From a virus: 64,000 bases of DNA. Of this stretch, positions 56,375-64,000 are shown in pieces; position 1 is the stretch's first letter, and each line of letters begins with the position of its first letter. A program made the position numbers and the translations under genes. The DNA is taken from positions 32,001 through 96,000 of the IMG/VR virus record IMGVR_UViG_3300023184_000042. The stretch is one strand, 5' to 3'. A model generated the notes under the pieces. The model was not told the DNA's origin. It saw only the letters and a program-made list of their open reading frames with translations, and did no database searches.

Positions 56375-59110
56375 ATGATAAAAAACATCATAGCAATTTA
56401 TCCAGGAAGGTTTCAGCCTTTTGGAAAACATCACGCAGCTGCTTTCAAGTGGTTACAAACTCAATTCGGAGCTCCAAATTGTTACATAGCAACTTCAAAC
56501 GTCGTAGACCCCCCAAAGTCGCCTTTTTCTTTCGTAGAAAAGGCAGATATAATAAGCCACTATGGTTTCAATGGCCAAGCAGTACAGACGAAGAATCCGT
56601 ATAAAGCGGAGGAGATTTTATCTAACATGAATCCACAAGATACAGCAGTGGTATTTTTAGTAGGTCAAAAAGATATGCAAGACGATCCTAGATTTGCAAT
56701 GAAGCCTAGAAAAGACGGAAACCCCTCATATTTTCAACCTTACGATAAAAATAAACAAGCACTACAAGGATTTGATAAACATGGATATTTAGTAGTAGCT
56801 CCACACGTTTCAATTGCAATACCAGGATTTGGAGAAATGTCAGGAACTACCTTAAGACAAGTGTTAGGAGATAAAAAACCAAGAGCACAAAAAGAAAAAA
56901 TATTCAAAGACATATTTGGATGGTATGATAAAAACACTGCAAATATGATTTTTGATAAACTTGAAGCGCTACAAGAAACTAAAAAATCAGCAATAGCTGA
57001 AATTATGAAAAAAAAGAATCAGATAACTTCCCGTTCTATTTCTGAAAATCAAACTCCTGTATTTTCAAAACAATGGTGGAATGAATCTTTAGATTTAAAT
57101 GAAGCAGTATCTATTGACGAGCTTAAATCTAAATTTAAAAAATTCATAACTGCACTTAAACAAGAAGGCAAAGAAACCAAACAAGCTTTTACTTTACTAG
57201 CTCAAGCAGCTCAAGGTAAAAAGAATTTGTCTGACGCGGAAAAGAAACAAATAGGAGATCAAATGAAAGATGTCCTTAAGACAATTGGCTTAACTGCAAT
57301 TGCATTAATGCCAGGAGGGCTTATAGCAGGATTGTTAATTAAATTCTTAAAAGCAGAACATTACATTACTCCTTCAGCATTTATGACTGAAGCTTCATTG
57401 AAACCTAATGTATGGAAAGATTTCAATTTAGCTGCGCTAACGCCTGAAGATATGGATACTGTATGGAACATGTATTCAGATACTTATTCCAAAGCAGGAT
57501 TAGATTTTTCAGCAAATAATGCAGGAGAACTTCAATCCAAATACAAAGCAGTTTATTTAGAAGATGTCGACGGAGATTCAATTGCAGATGCTTTTATTAT
57601 TTATAAGCCTACTCAATTTGGAAATAAAATTGCATTGTTAGGTACTAATGATAAGAGAGAAGCAAAGAAAGAAATGCTTACTCAATTATTTAAACTTTTA
57701 AAAACTCAAGGATGGTTTATAGAAGCTTCTATGAAAATGGAAGAAATTCTAGCTGCTAAATCTGATATTCCAGTAGTAACAGACGAAAAAGTTATTCAAG
57801 GGCTAGTAGGAGATAAAGGTTTAGAAATGATGGAAGACGGTTATTATAAACGTAAATTATCTAAAGTAAACAAAATAATTGTTAAGCGTTTATATGGTAA
57901 ACCAAAAACAAGCTCTTTGAAAGAAGGCGCTATGTCAGCAGCACAGCAGAAAAAGCACAATGAAAAAATTGAAAGATTAAAAAGATTTTTAGATAATAAT
58001 GTAGGTCGTCCATTTGTATATGACTTCAATGACTTTCCTAAAACAGTAGCTGGAGTTAAGATTCAAGAATCTCTTTTACGAGAAGGAGGAGCTGGAGGTC
58101 ATATGGCACATCCATTTAATATTAATTGGGTTAATACAGGAAAAGATTTAATCAAAGCATTTCAAATGTCAATTGATTATTTGAAAAAAGGTCCTGCTGC
58201 AGTGAAAATTGATGGTGTGAATGCTTCAATTCGATTTGTTGAGTTAGACGGTAAAAAGCAATTTGTAATGGATAGAGGTTCAATGAAACCTTTAGATGTT
58301 AAAGGAATTACCAAAGCAGAGTTAACTGATAGATTTGGAGAAGGTCATGGAATGATTAAAGTAGGAGGAACTGTTTTAGATATTTTTAATGAATCAATTC
58401 CTAAAATTCAAAATGAACTTAAAAAATTAAAATTGTGGGACAATCCAAATATAATGTTCAATATTGAATATGTAGCTGGGTCTACTAATGTTTTAGCTTA
58501 CGATAAAAATTTCCTAGCTATTCATGGTTTATTAGAATTAGAACAAGTAACTCCTAAACGAAGAGGTACTAATGAAATTGAGTATGATAAAGCAGCATTG
58601 CAAGAGCTATTAAATAAATTAGCACCTGCAGCTACTAAAAAAGGATATGAAGTAGTAGGATCTATTCCAACTAAATTAGATAGTAATCCAGATTTAAATT
58701 CAGAACTAAATAAAAAATATACAGTTAATTACAATGCTACTAAAAAAGAAACTAAAACTTTAGGGCAATGGCTAAATGACGCAAAAGTACCTAACACAGA
58801 ATTTAAAACAAAAGAAGGAAAAACTATATCTGCATTGTCTAAAGATGTGCTAATTAAAATTTCAGAAGGTACTAATTTAGAAGATTATGTTGCAGATGCA
58901 AAAGATTATCAAACTGTAATAGACGGGTTTGTAATTTATATGGCTACTATGAAGTTAGGAGATGCTGTGTTATCTAAATTATCTTCTCCACTTGGACCAG
59001 TGTCAGATCATGAAGGAATAGTAATTAGAGATGAAAGAATCAGCAATGCGCCTTTTAAAATTACTGGAAAATTTATTTTGGGAGGTTTAGCGAGCTCTTT
59101 TAAAAAATAA
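56375..59110 (+). CDS. multidomain protein: cytidylyltransferase-like + inserts + ligase-like nucleotidyltransferase domain
   Basis: YPGRFQPFGKHH, MSGTTLR; EGGAGGHMAHPF, KIDGVN, HEGIVIR, FKITG. Confidence 0.75.
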   Translation: MIKNIIAIYPGRFQPFGKHHAAAFKWLQTQFGAPNCYIATSNVVDPPKSPFSFVEKADIISHYGFNGQAVQTKNPYKAEEILSNMNPQDTAVVFLVGQKDMQDDPRFAMKPRKDGNPSYFQPYDKNKQALQGFDKHGYLVVAPHVSIAIPGFGEMSGTTLRQVLGDKKPRAQKEKIFKDIFGWYDKNTANMIFDKLEALQETKKSAIAEIMKKKNQITSRSISENQTPVFSKQWWNESLDLNEAVSIDELKSKFKKFITALKQEGKETKQAFTLLAQAAQGKKNLSDAEKKQIGDQMKDVLKTIGLTAIALMPGGLIAGLLIKFLKAEHYITPSAFMTEASLKPNVWKDFNLAALTPEDMDTVWNMYSDTYSKAGLDFSANNAGELQSKYKAVYLEDVDGDSIADAFIIYKPTQFGNKIALLGTNDKREAKKEMLTQLFKLLKTQGWFIEASMKMEEILAAKSDIPVVTDEKVIQGLVGDKGLEMMEDGYYKRKLSKVNKIIVKRLYGKPKTSSLKEGAMSAAQQKKHNEKIERLKRFLDNNVGRPFVYDFNDFPKTVAGVKIQESLLREGGAGGHMAHPFNINWVNTGKDLIKAFQMSIDYLKKGPAAVKIDGVNASIRFVELDGKKQFVMDRGSMKPLDVKGITKAELTDRFGEGHGMIKVGGTVLDIFNESIPKIQNELKKLKLWDNPNIMFNIEYVAGSTNVLAYDKNFLAIHGLLELEQVTPKRRGTNEIEYDKAALQELLNKLAPAATKKGYEVVGSIPTKLDSNPDLNSELNKKYTVNYNATKKETKTLGQWLNDAKVPNTEFKTKEGKTISALSKDVLIKISEGTNLEDYVADAKDYQTVIDGFVIYMATMKLGDAVLSKLSSPLGPVSDHEGIVIRDERISNAPFKITGKFILGGLASSFKK

Positions 59111-59136
59111 GATATTTATTATTAAAATTAGAAAAT

Positions 59137-59733
59137 ATGTCTACAAAGTTACGTAATATAGATGCTATCAAAAAAATGTTAGATGGCACACATAAGTCTC
59201 AGAATACAACGACAGTTGGAATGAATACAGGAATTGTTTCTGACGATCAAAAAAGAGAAGTAGGTGAAATATGGAAAGATTCTCAAGGTGTTGAATGGGA
59301 ACAAAGGGCTGGATTTAAAATACAAAAAGGTAAAATGGATACCATTCGTGAGTTAATTAATGCTCAAAAAATGCCATCTCATTGTCCTAAATGTAATCAG
59401 CCAATGACAAAAAAATTAGATAAAAAGTTTTGGAAATTAGATAAACAATGTTTTGATTGTCAAATAGATTTTGAACATAATTTAAAAATTGAAGGCAAAT
59501 ATGAACAATATGAAAAGGATAGAATTTTAAAAAATGCAGAAGCTTGGTTAGTAGAAGCTGAACAAGAAGCTATGGAAATTATAGAAGCATTTAGAAATCC
59601 AGTTGCATATACAAATGCCGACGGTACTACCGAGGAATGGTCAGGTCAATTAACACCTGAAGAAGTTGCGGATAAAATAGAAACACAATTTAAAGAATTC
59701 AAAGAAGATTTTTTAGAAAAATTAAAAAGCTAA
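59137..59733 (+). CDS. Zn-finger protein
   Basis: CPKC...CFDC. Confidence 0.7.
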   Translation: MSTKLRNIDAIKKMLDGTHKSQNTTTVGMNTGIVSDDQKREVGEIWKDSQGVEWEQRAGFKIQKGKMDTIRELINAQKMPSHCPKCNQPMTKKLDKKFWKLDKQCFDCQIDFEHNLKIEGKYEQYEKDRILKNAEAWLVEAEQEAMEIIEAFRNPVAYTNADGTTEEWSGQLTPEEVADKIETQFKEFKEDFLEKLKS

Positions 59734-60344
59734 TGACAGAACAAGCAACTATTGTAGCAGCATTTTTAACAGGTATTGCTGGCCCGTTAATAATAATATT
59801 TGTAAAAAATTATTTAGACAGTAGGAAAAAACCTGACGATATGGTTAAAGAAGCTATAGAAGTTTCTACATTAGTGTCAGCAAAAATTGAACACATAAAA
59901 GAAGAATTTGGAGCTGATCGAGTTTGGGTTTCACAATTTCATAATGGAGGTCATTTTTATCCGACAGGCAAATCAATAGCAAAATTTAGTTTATTTTACG
60001 AAACAGTTAAACCAGGTATAACATCTATTCAAGGATTTTTTCAAAATATCCCAGTAGCACTTTTTTCAAAATCAGTAAATGAATTGTTAGAAAATGACAT
60101 TGTTAGTATTACAGATTTCAAAGATGAGAAAGTAGCTACTTTTGGATTAAAATACATAGCAGAAGATTACGGATGCAAATCAGTATATTTATTTGCAATC
60201 AAATCAATTGACGGTAAGTTTATAGGTACACTAGGATTGGATTTCACAAAAAGAAAAACAACTTTAAGTATTGAAGATTCTAACCATTTATTAAACTATG
60301 CTACTTCAATTGGAGGAGTATTAATGAACCATTTACAAAATTAA
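59733..60344 (+). CDS. TM + GAF-domain protein, putative T4 gp t-like holin
   Basis: N-terminal TM; ADRVWVSQFHNG...FIGTLGLDF GAF pattern. Confidence 0.55.
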   Translation: MTEQATIVAAFLTGIAGPLIIIFVKNYLDSRKKPDDMVKEAIEVSTLVSAKIEHIKEEFGADRVWVSQFHNGGHFYPTGKSIAKFSLFYETVKPGITSIQGFFQNIPVALFSKSVNELLENDIVSITDFKDEKVATFGLKYIAEDYGCKSVYLFAIKSIDGKFIGTLGLDFTKRKTTLSIEDSNHLLNYATSIGGVLMNHLQN

Positions 60345-60349
60345 TAATC

Positions 60350-61267
60350 ATGATAAAATTAAAAAGTCTTTTAAACTTAAAAGAAGAGGAAGATAAAGCA
60401 GGAGAGTCGTTAATATCAACTCAAGATGCTGTTAATGCTTTTTTCAAAAAAAATAAATCTGCATTAGAAAAATTATCTGATGATGATGACTGGGACGCAT
60501 TTTACGATTTAGGATTTGATGCATTTCCAGACATCGATCAAGATGATATTGCTCAAGCTTTAAATAGTGCAATGTTAAATTCTGGCTGGGTAGAAAATGA
60601 AGACGTTTCTGTAATGCCAACTGAAAAGGATTTAGAATTAGCAGCATTTGGAGATAAAAAACTTCAAAAAGGAATAGACATTGCTGCATATGATAAACTA
60701 GCAAAACTACCTAAAAACCCAGAAAACATTAAAGAGTCTTTAAAAAAAAAAGGTAAGGTAACAGAAATGGCTAACACAGAGTCTACAAAAGTAGATTCGT
60801 TTTTAGGTACTATTAAATCTTCAGTTAAAAGTGCAAGAGTTGTACAACAAGTAACTGATTTTATTAATATCGCAAGATTAGATCCATACGCCTCTTATAA
60901 AAGCCTTTTAAAAGATTTACTTTTATTTTACAAAGGTAATAATGAAGTATATAATATAGTGCAGTCTGGCCTTCAAGAATCTAAAAAAAAAGAAGCACTC
61001 TGCGAAATTGATCAAATAGAAGAAGCAGAGTATAAAGGAAGAAAAGTAAAATTAGGGAAACCTTTTTATACTCCCGGAGGTCCTAGAAAGCGAGCAGTAT
61101 ACGTCAGAAATGACAAAGGTAATGTCGTTAAAGTAGGGTTCGGAGAGCCTGGAATGAAAATTAAAAAAAATAATCCTGCTCGAAGAAAATCTTTTAGAGC
61201 AAGACATAATTGTGAAACCCCTGGACCTAGATGGAAAGCTAGATATTGGTCCTGCAGAGCATGGTAA
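60350..61267 (+). CDS. putative internal head protein with basic C-terminal domain
   Basis: MIKLKSLL..KEE start; AEYKGRKVKLGKPF...ARYWSCRAW end. Confidence 0.65.
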   Translation: MIKLKSLLNLKEEEDKAGESLISTQDAVNAFFKKNKSALEKLSDDDDWDAFYDLGFDAFPDIDQDDIAQALNSAMLNSGWVENEDVSVMPTEKDLELAAFGDKKLQKGIDIAAYDKLAKLPKNPENIKESLKKKGKVTEMANTESTKVDSFLGTIKSSVKSARVVQQVTDFINIARLDPYASYKSLLKDLLLFYKGNNEVYNIVQSGLQESKKKEALCEIDQIEEAEYKGRKVKLGKPFYTPGGPRKRAVYVRNDKGNVVKVGFGEPGMKIKKNNPARRKSFRARHNCETPGPRWKARYWSCRAW

Positions 61268-61271
61268 TAAT

Positions 61272-62189
61272 ATGAAAACAAATTTAATTATAGAAGCAGC
61301 TAGATTACAAAAATTAGCTGGTATAAAATTAGCTGAAGATTTTAAAGATGACGTTGAAGATATTAAAAAAGCGCCATTAGCAACAGCAGTAGATAAAATT
61401 AGAGATTTAATTAAAGATCCGGATTTTATTGATAAAGCAACTTCAGGAGAAAAAGACGGTGCTAACAAAGACGAATCAATTAGTTTTTCAGAAGGAAATC
61501 CGTCATGTTTAGATATGTTACCAAGTCAAGCAGAAATTGGATTTGGTAATAGTTTAGCTGACATTTGCAATGACAAATTTGGAGCAATCGATTCTGCATT
61601 TTCTAATCCTGTTCTAATGCCGTCTAAAGCTGGTAAAATACCAGTATTAACTGCTAGAATTGGAAGTGATATAGTAATATTAGATGGACATCATAGATGG
61701 TCATTATGTTTTATGATCAATCCAGATGCTAAAATGAAATGCGATATTATGGAAACTCCAACAGGTTTCAAAGCTGCTGATGCTTTAAAAATTATGCAAT
61801 TAGCTATTGGCGTTGAAGCTGGCAAAGTAGTTACTAACCCATTTGAAGGTAAAGATTTAATGGCTGTATCTACAAAAGAAGTAATTAAATATGTTACTGA
61901 AAATATAGGAGAAAAGGAAATAGCTACATTTACAAAATATAAACAGGAATTGAATAGCAAAGAATCAATAGCAAAATATATTGGCGAATCACATAAAAAA
62001 ATAGTAGCCAAGAAAGGACCTTTTCCTAGAATTATAATGCCTCAAGCAGGAGATTCAGGAGCTTCACAAGATTCCGTAAATACTGCTTTGGAAAAAGGAG
62101 AAATCAATTTCAATGACCCATATAAAAAAGAATCTGTCAATAAAAGATTAGACTCCATGCTTAAAGAATCTTTTATAAAAATAAAATAA
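61272..62189 (+). CDS. ParB/Srx-like domain protein
   Basis: PSQ, ILDGHHRW; start moved to ATG 61272 (RLQKLAGI motif). Confidence 0.65.
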   Translation: MKTNLIIEAARLQKLAGIKLAEDFKDDVEDIKKAPLATAVDKIRDLIKDPDFIDKATSGEKDGANKDESISFSEGNPSCLDMLPSQAEIGFGNSLADICNDKFGAIDSAFSNPVLMPSKAGKIPVLTARIGSDIVILDGHHRWSLCFMINPDAKMKCDIMETPTGFKAADALKIMQLAIGVEAGKVVTNPFEGKDLMAVSTKEVIKYVTENIGEKEIATFTKYKQELNSKESIAKYIGESHKKIVAKKGPFPRIIMPQAGDSGASQDSVNTALEKGEINFNDPYKKESVNKRLDSMLKESFIKIK

Positions 62190-62190
62190 A

Positions 62191-62703
62191 ATGATCAAAT
62201 TAAAAGACATATTAAAAGAAGCTGAAGGAGAAGCTCCAAAGTGCCCAGTTGCTACTCAAAATGTAGAAGTAAATTTAGAGCACCGACAAATAGCTATTGA
62301 AAAGTATGGATATGGTCCTTTGAATCCTAATAATCCAAATGTAAAATTTTGGAAAGCAAAACAAGCTTTATGGAAAGAAGATACTATAGAAGGAGCTAAA
62401 TCTGCAAGATGTAATTCATGTGCTGCTTTTAATGTAACTTCTAGAATATTAAGCTGTATTGAAAAATCATTAGCTTCAGATGTAGTTCCGGAAGAAGAGC
62501 CAGTTGAGGAAGGAGAAGATATTCAAACTCAAACACCTGCTCCAGATCCGGAATTAGACGACACTGAAGGAGCTGATAAAGACGCTTGGGACACAATAGA
62601 AGCAGGTAAATTAGGATATTGTATGATGCATAAATTCAAATGTGCAGGTTCTAGAACATGTAATGCTTGGGTAACAGGTGGTCCAATTAAAGATAAAAAG
62701 TAA
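62191..62703 (+). CDS. Cys-rich putative metal/Fe-S binding protein
   Basis: CNSC...GYC..HKFKC...TCNAW; MIKLKDILKE start. Confidence 0.6.
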   Translation: MIKLKDILKEAEGEAPKCPVATQNVEVNLEHRQIAIEKYGYGPLNPNNPNVKFWKAKQALWKEDTIEGAKSARCNSCAAFNVTSRILSCIEKSLASDVVPEEEPVEEGEDIQTQTPAPDPELDDTEGADKDAWDTIEAGKLGYCMMHKFKCAGSRTCNAWVTGGPIKDKK

Positions 62704-62706
62704 ATT

Positions 62707-62946
62707 ATGCCATTACAAAAACCAGTTTTGCAAGCTGCAATATTAGCAGCATTTCAAAAGCAATCAGCGCCATCAGCAAATTTAGCCGCTGCACAAGCAC
62801 AGCTAGCTGCTGATTTAGCAACAGCTATTGATGAATACATTAAATCTGCTAAAGTAACTATTCCGCCAGGTCAATTAGTAATAGCCGGGTCTCCTCCAGG
62901 TCCAGGAGCGTGTGTAGCACCTTCTCCGAACGCACTTATATCTTAG
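62707..62946 (+). CDS. small Ala-rich virion protein
   Basis: LATAIDEYIKSA; Pro/Gly tail. Confidence 0.6.
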   Translation: MPLQKPVLQAAILAAFQKQSAPSANLAAAQAQLAADLATAIDEYIKSAKVTIPPGQLVIAGSPPGPGACVAPSPNALIS

Positions 62947-62991
62947 TAATTACTGTCTTTTATATTTATATTAAATAAAAGGCAGTAAACT

Positions 62992-63351
62992 ATGAACACA
63001 ACATTCAACAAACAAAATATACTGTTAGGTATTGCTATCCTATTAATAGGGTACAATATCTTTACAACTAACAGTATAAAGACAGATGTCAAAGGCTATA
63101 AAGATAAAATTGAATTGCTACAGACTAAAGTAGATTCGGCTAAGACAGTAAATACTCAAATCGATACTAAAATTGATTCAGTAAAAGAAAATGTAATTTC
63201 TATTACCAAAGAAATACATCATATAGACAATACAATAACAATCGTAAAAAATCAAACAAATGAAAAAGTTAATAATGCTAGTAAGTTTTCTAATGCTGAG
63301 CTTGAGCAGTTTTTCGCAGCAAGATACAACCAAAGTTTGCATACCAACTAA
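62992..63351 (+). CDS. TM coiled-coil protein, putative i-spanin
   Basis: N-terminal TM plus heptads; overlaps next gene. Confidence 0.5.
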   Translation: MNTTFNKQNILLGIAILLIGYNIFTTNSIKTDVKGYKDKIELLQTKVDSAKTVNTQIDTKIDSVKENVISITKEIHHIDNTITIVKNQTNEKVNNASKFSNAELEQFFAARYNQSLHTN

Positions 63352-63661
63352 AACTGCTAGATTAATTGCTAAAGATTTAATCAGGTATGACGGGTGTGTG
63401 CAAGAGTTAAAACTTACTCAACAAAAAGTTACTAAGTTAGAAGAAAGAGAAGTGCAAAAAGACACTATTATCAAACTTCTAAACGATAAAGATGATAATA
63501 ACAAATACATTATCCATCAACAAGAATTGCAGATTGGGCAGTATGAACATTTAACTGACGATCTTCAATCTGAAATAAAAGGCCAAAGAATGAAAACTTT
63601 TCTATGGAAAGTGGGTACATTTTTAGGCGTAATTACTTCAGGTTACTTGTTAATTAAATAA
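63260..63661 (+). CDS. exported coiled-coil protein, putative spanin partner
   Basis: Signal peptide SSFS|Q; coiled coil; C-terminal hydrophobic helix. Confidence 0.5.
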   Translation: MKKLIMLVSFLMLSLSSFSQQDTTKVCIPTKTARLIAKDLIRYDGCVQELKLTQQKVTKLEEREVQKDTIIKLLNDKDDNNKYIIHQQELQIGQYEHLTDDLQSEIKGQRMKTFLWKVGTFLGVITSGYLLIK

Positions 63662-63667
63662 AAATTT

Positions 63668-64000
63668 ATGTCAAATACAAATATGTCCTTAAAGGATATT
63701 ATTAAGGAAGAATACAAAAAATGTTTGTTAGATCCTGTTCACTTCATGAAGAAGTACTGTCAGATTCAACATCCACAAAAAGGTAAAATTCCATTTCACT
63801 TATATCCATTTCAAGAAAGAGCGTTACGTGATTTAAGAGACCATGATTATAATGTAATTTTAAAATCTAGACAGTTAGGTATTTCAACTTTATCTGCGGG
63901 ATATGCTTTATGGTTAATGACTTTCTTTAACGATAAAAATATTTTAGTTATTGCAACTAAACAAGAGGTTGCTAAAAACTTAGTTTTAAAGGTAAAGGTA
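63668..64000 (+). CDS. terL: terminase large subunit, N-terminal part (runs off window)
   Basis: DPVHFMKKYC, LYPFQ, Walker A LKSRQLGIST (T4 gp17-like). Confidence 0.9.
   Translation, partial: MSNTNMSLKDIIKEEYKKCLLDPVHFMKKYCQIQHPQKGKIPFHLYPFQERALRDLRDHDYNVILKSRQLGISTLSAGYALWLMTFFNDKNILVIATKQEVAKNLVLKVKV

Noticed and set aside
61212-61271. GTG start for the ParB-like gene
   Set aside because: It overlaps the conserved end of the upstream gene; ATG 61272 has a typical A-rich context.
288-62011. All remaining minus-strand ORFs
   Set aside because: Short shadows antisense to well-supported + strand genes, with no recognisable motifs.

Overview
AT-rich 64 kb segment of a large T4-like myovirus. 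All real genes are on the + strand, in the standard genetic code. The host is probably Bacteroidota (Flavobacterium-like), judged from the promoter motif and signal peptides with Q at +1. Order: end of thyA; RNA-repair-type and accessory genes; DNA ligase; PRTase; an array of 25 tRNAs with an HNH gene and several structured non-tRNA spacers; RNA ligase; UvsE; ClpP; HD protein; gp55-like sigma factor; baseplate module; resolvase, primase and fused SbcDC; tail fibres; putative internal-head proteins; lysis genes; start of the large terminase. Top finding: a 48-codon leader ORF (6967-7113), absent from the ORF track, whose codons sample 24 of the 25 decoding classes of the downstream tRNA array. 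Its last codons form an antiterminator against an intrinsic terminator just before the first tRNA, which suggests a general tRNA-depletion-sensing attenuator controlling a complete minimal tRNA set. Second: an orphan coiled-coil gene followed by a ~340 nt structured RNA with 6-nt periodic repeats. All protein family calls come from motif recognition by eye; no database searches were run.
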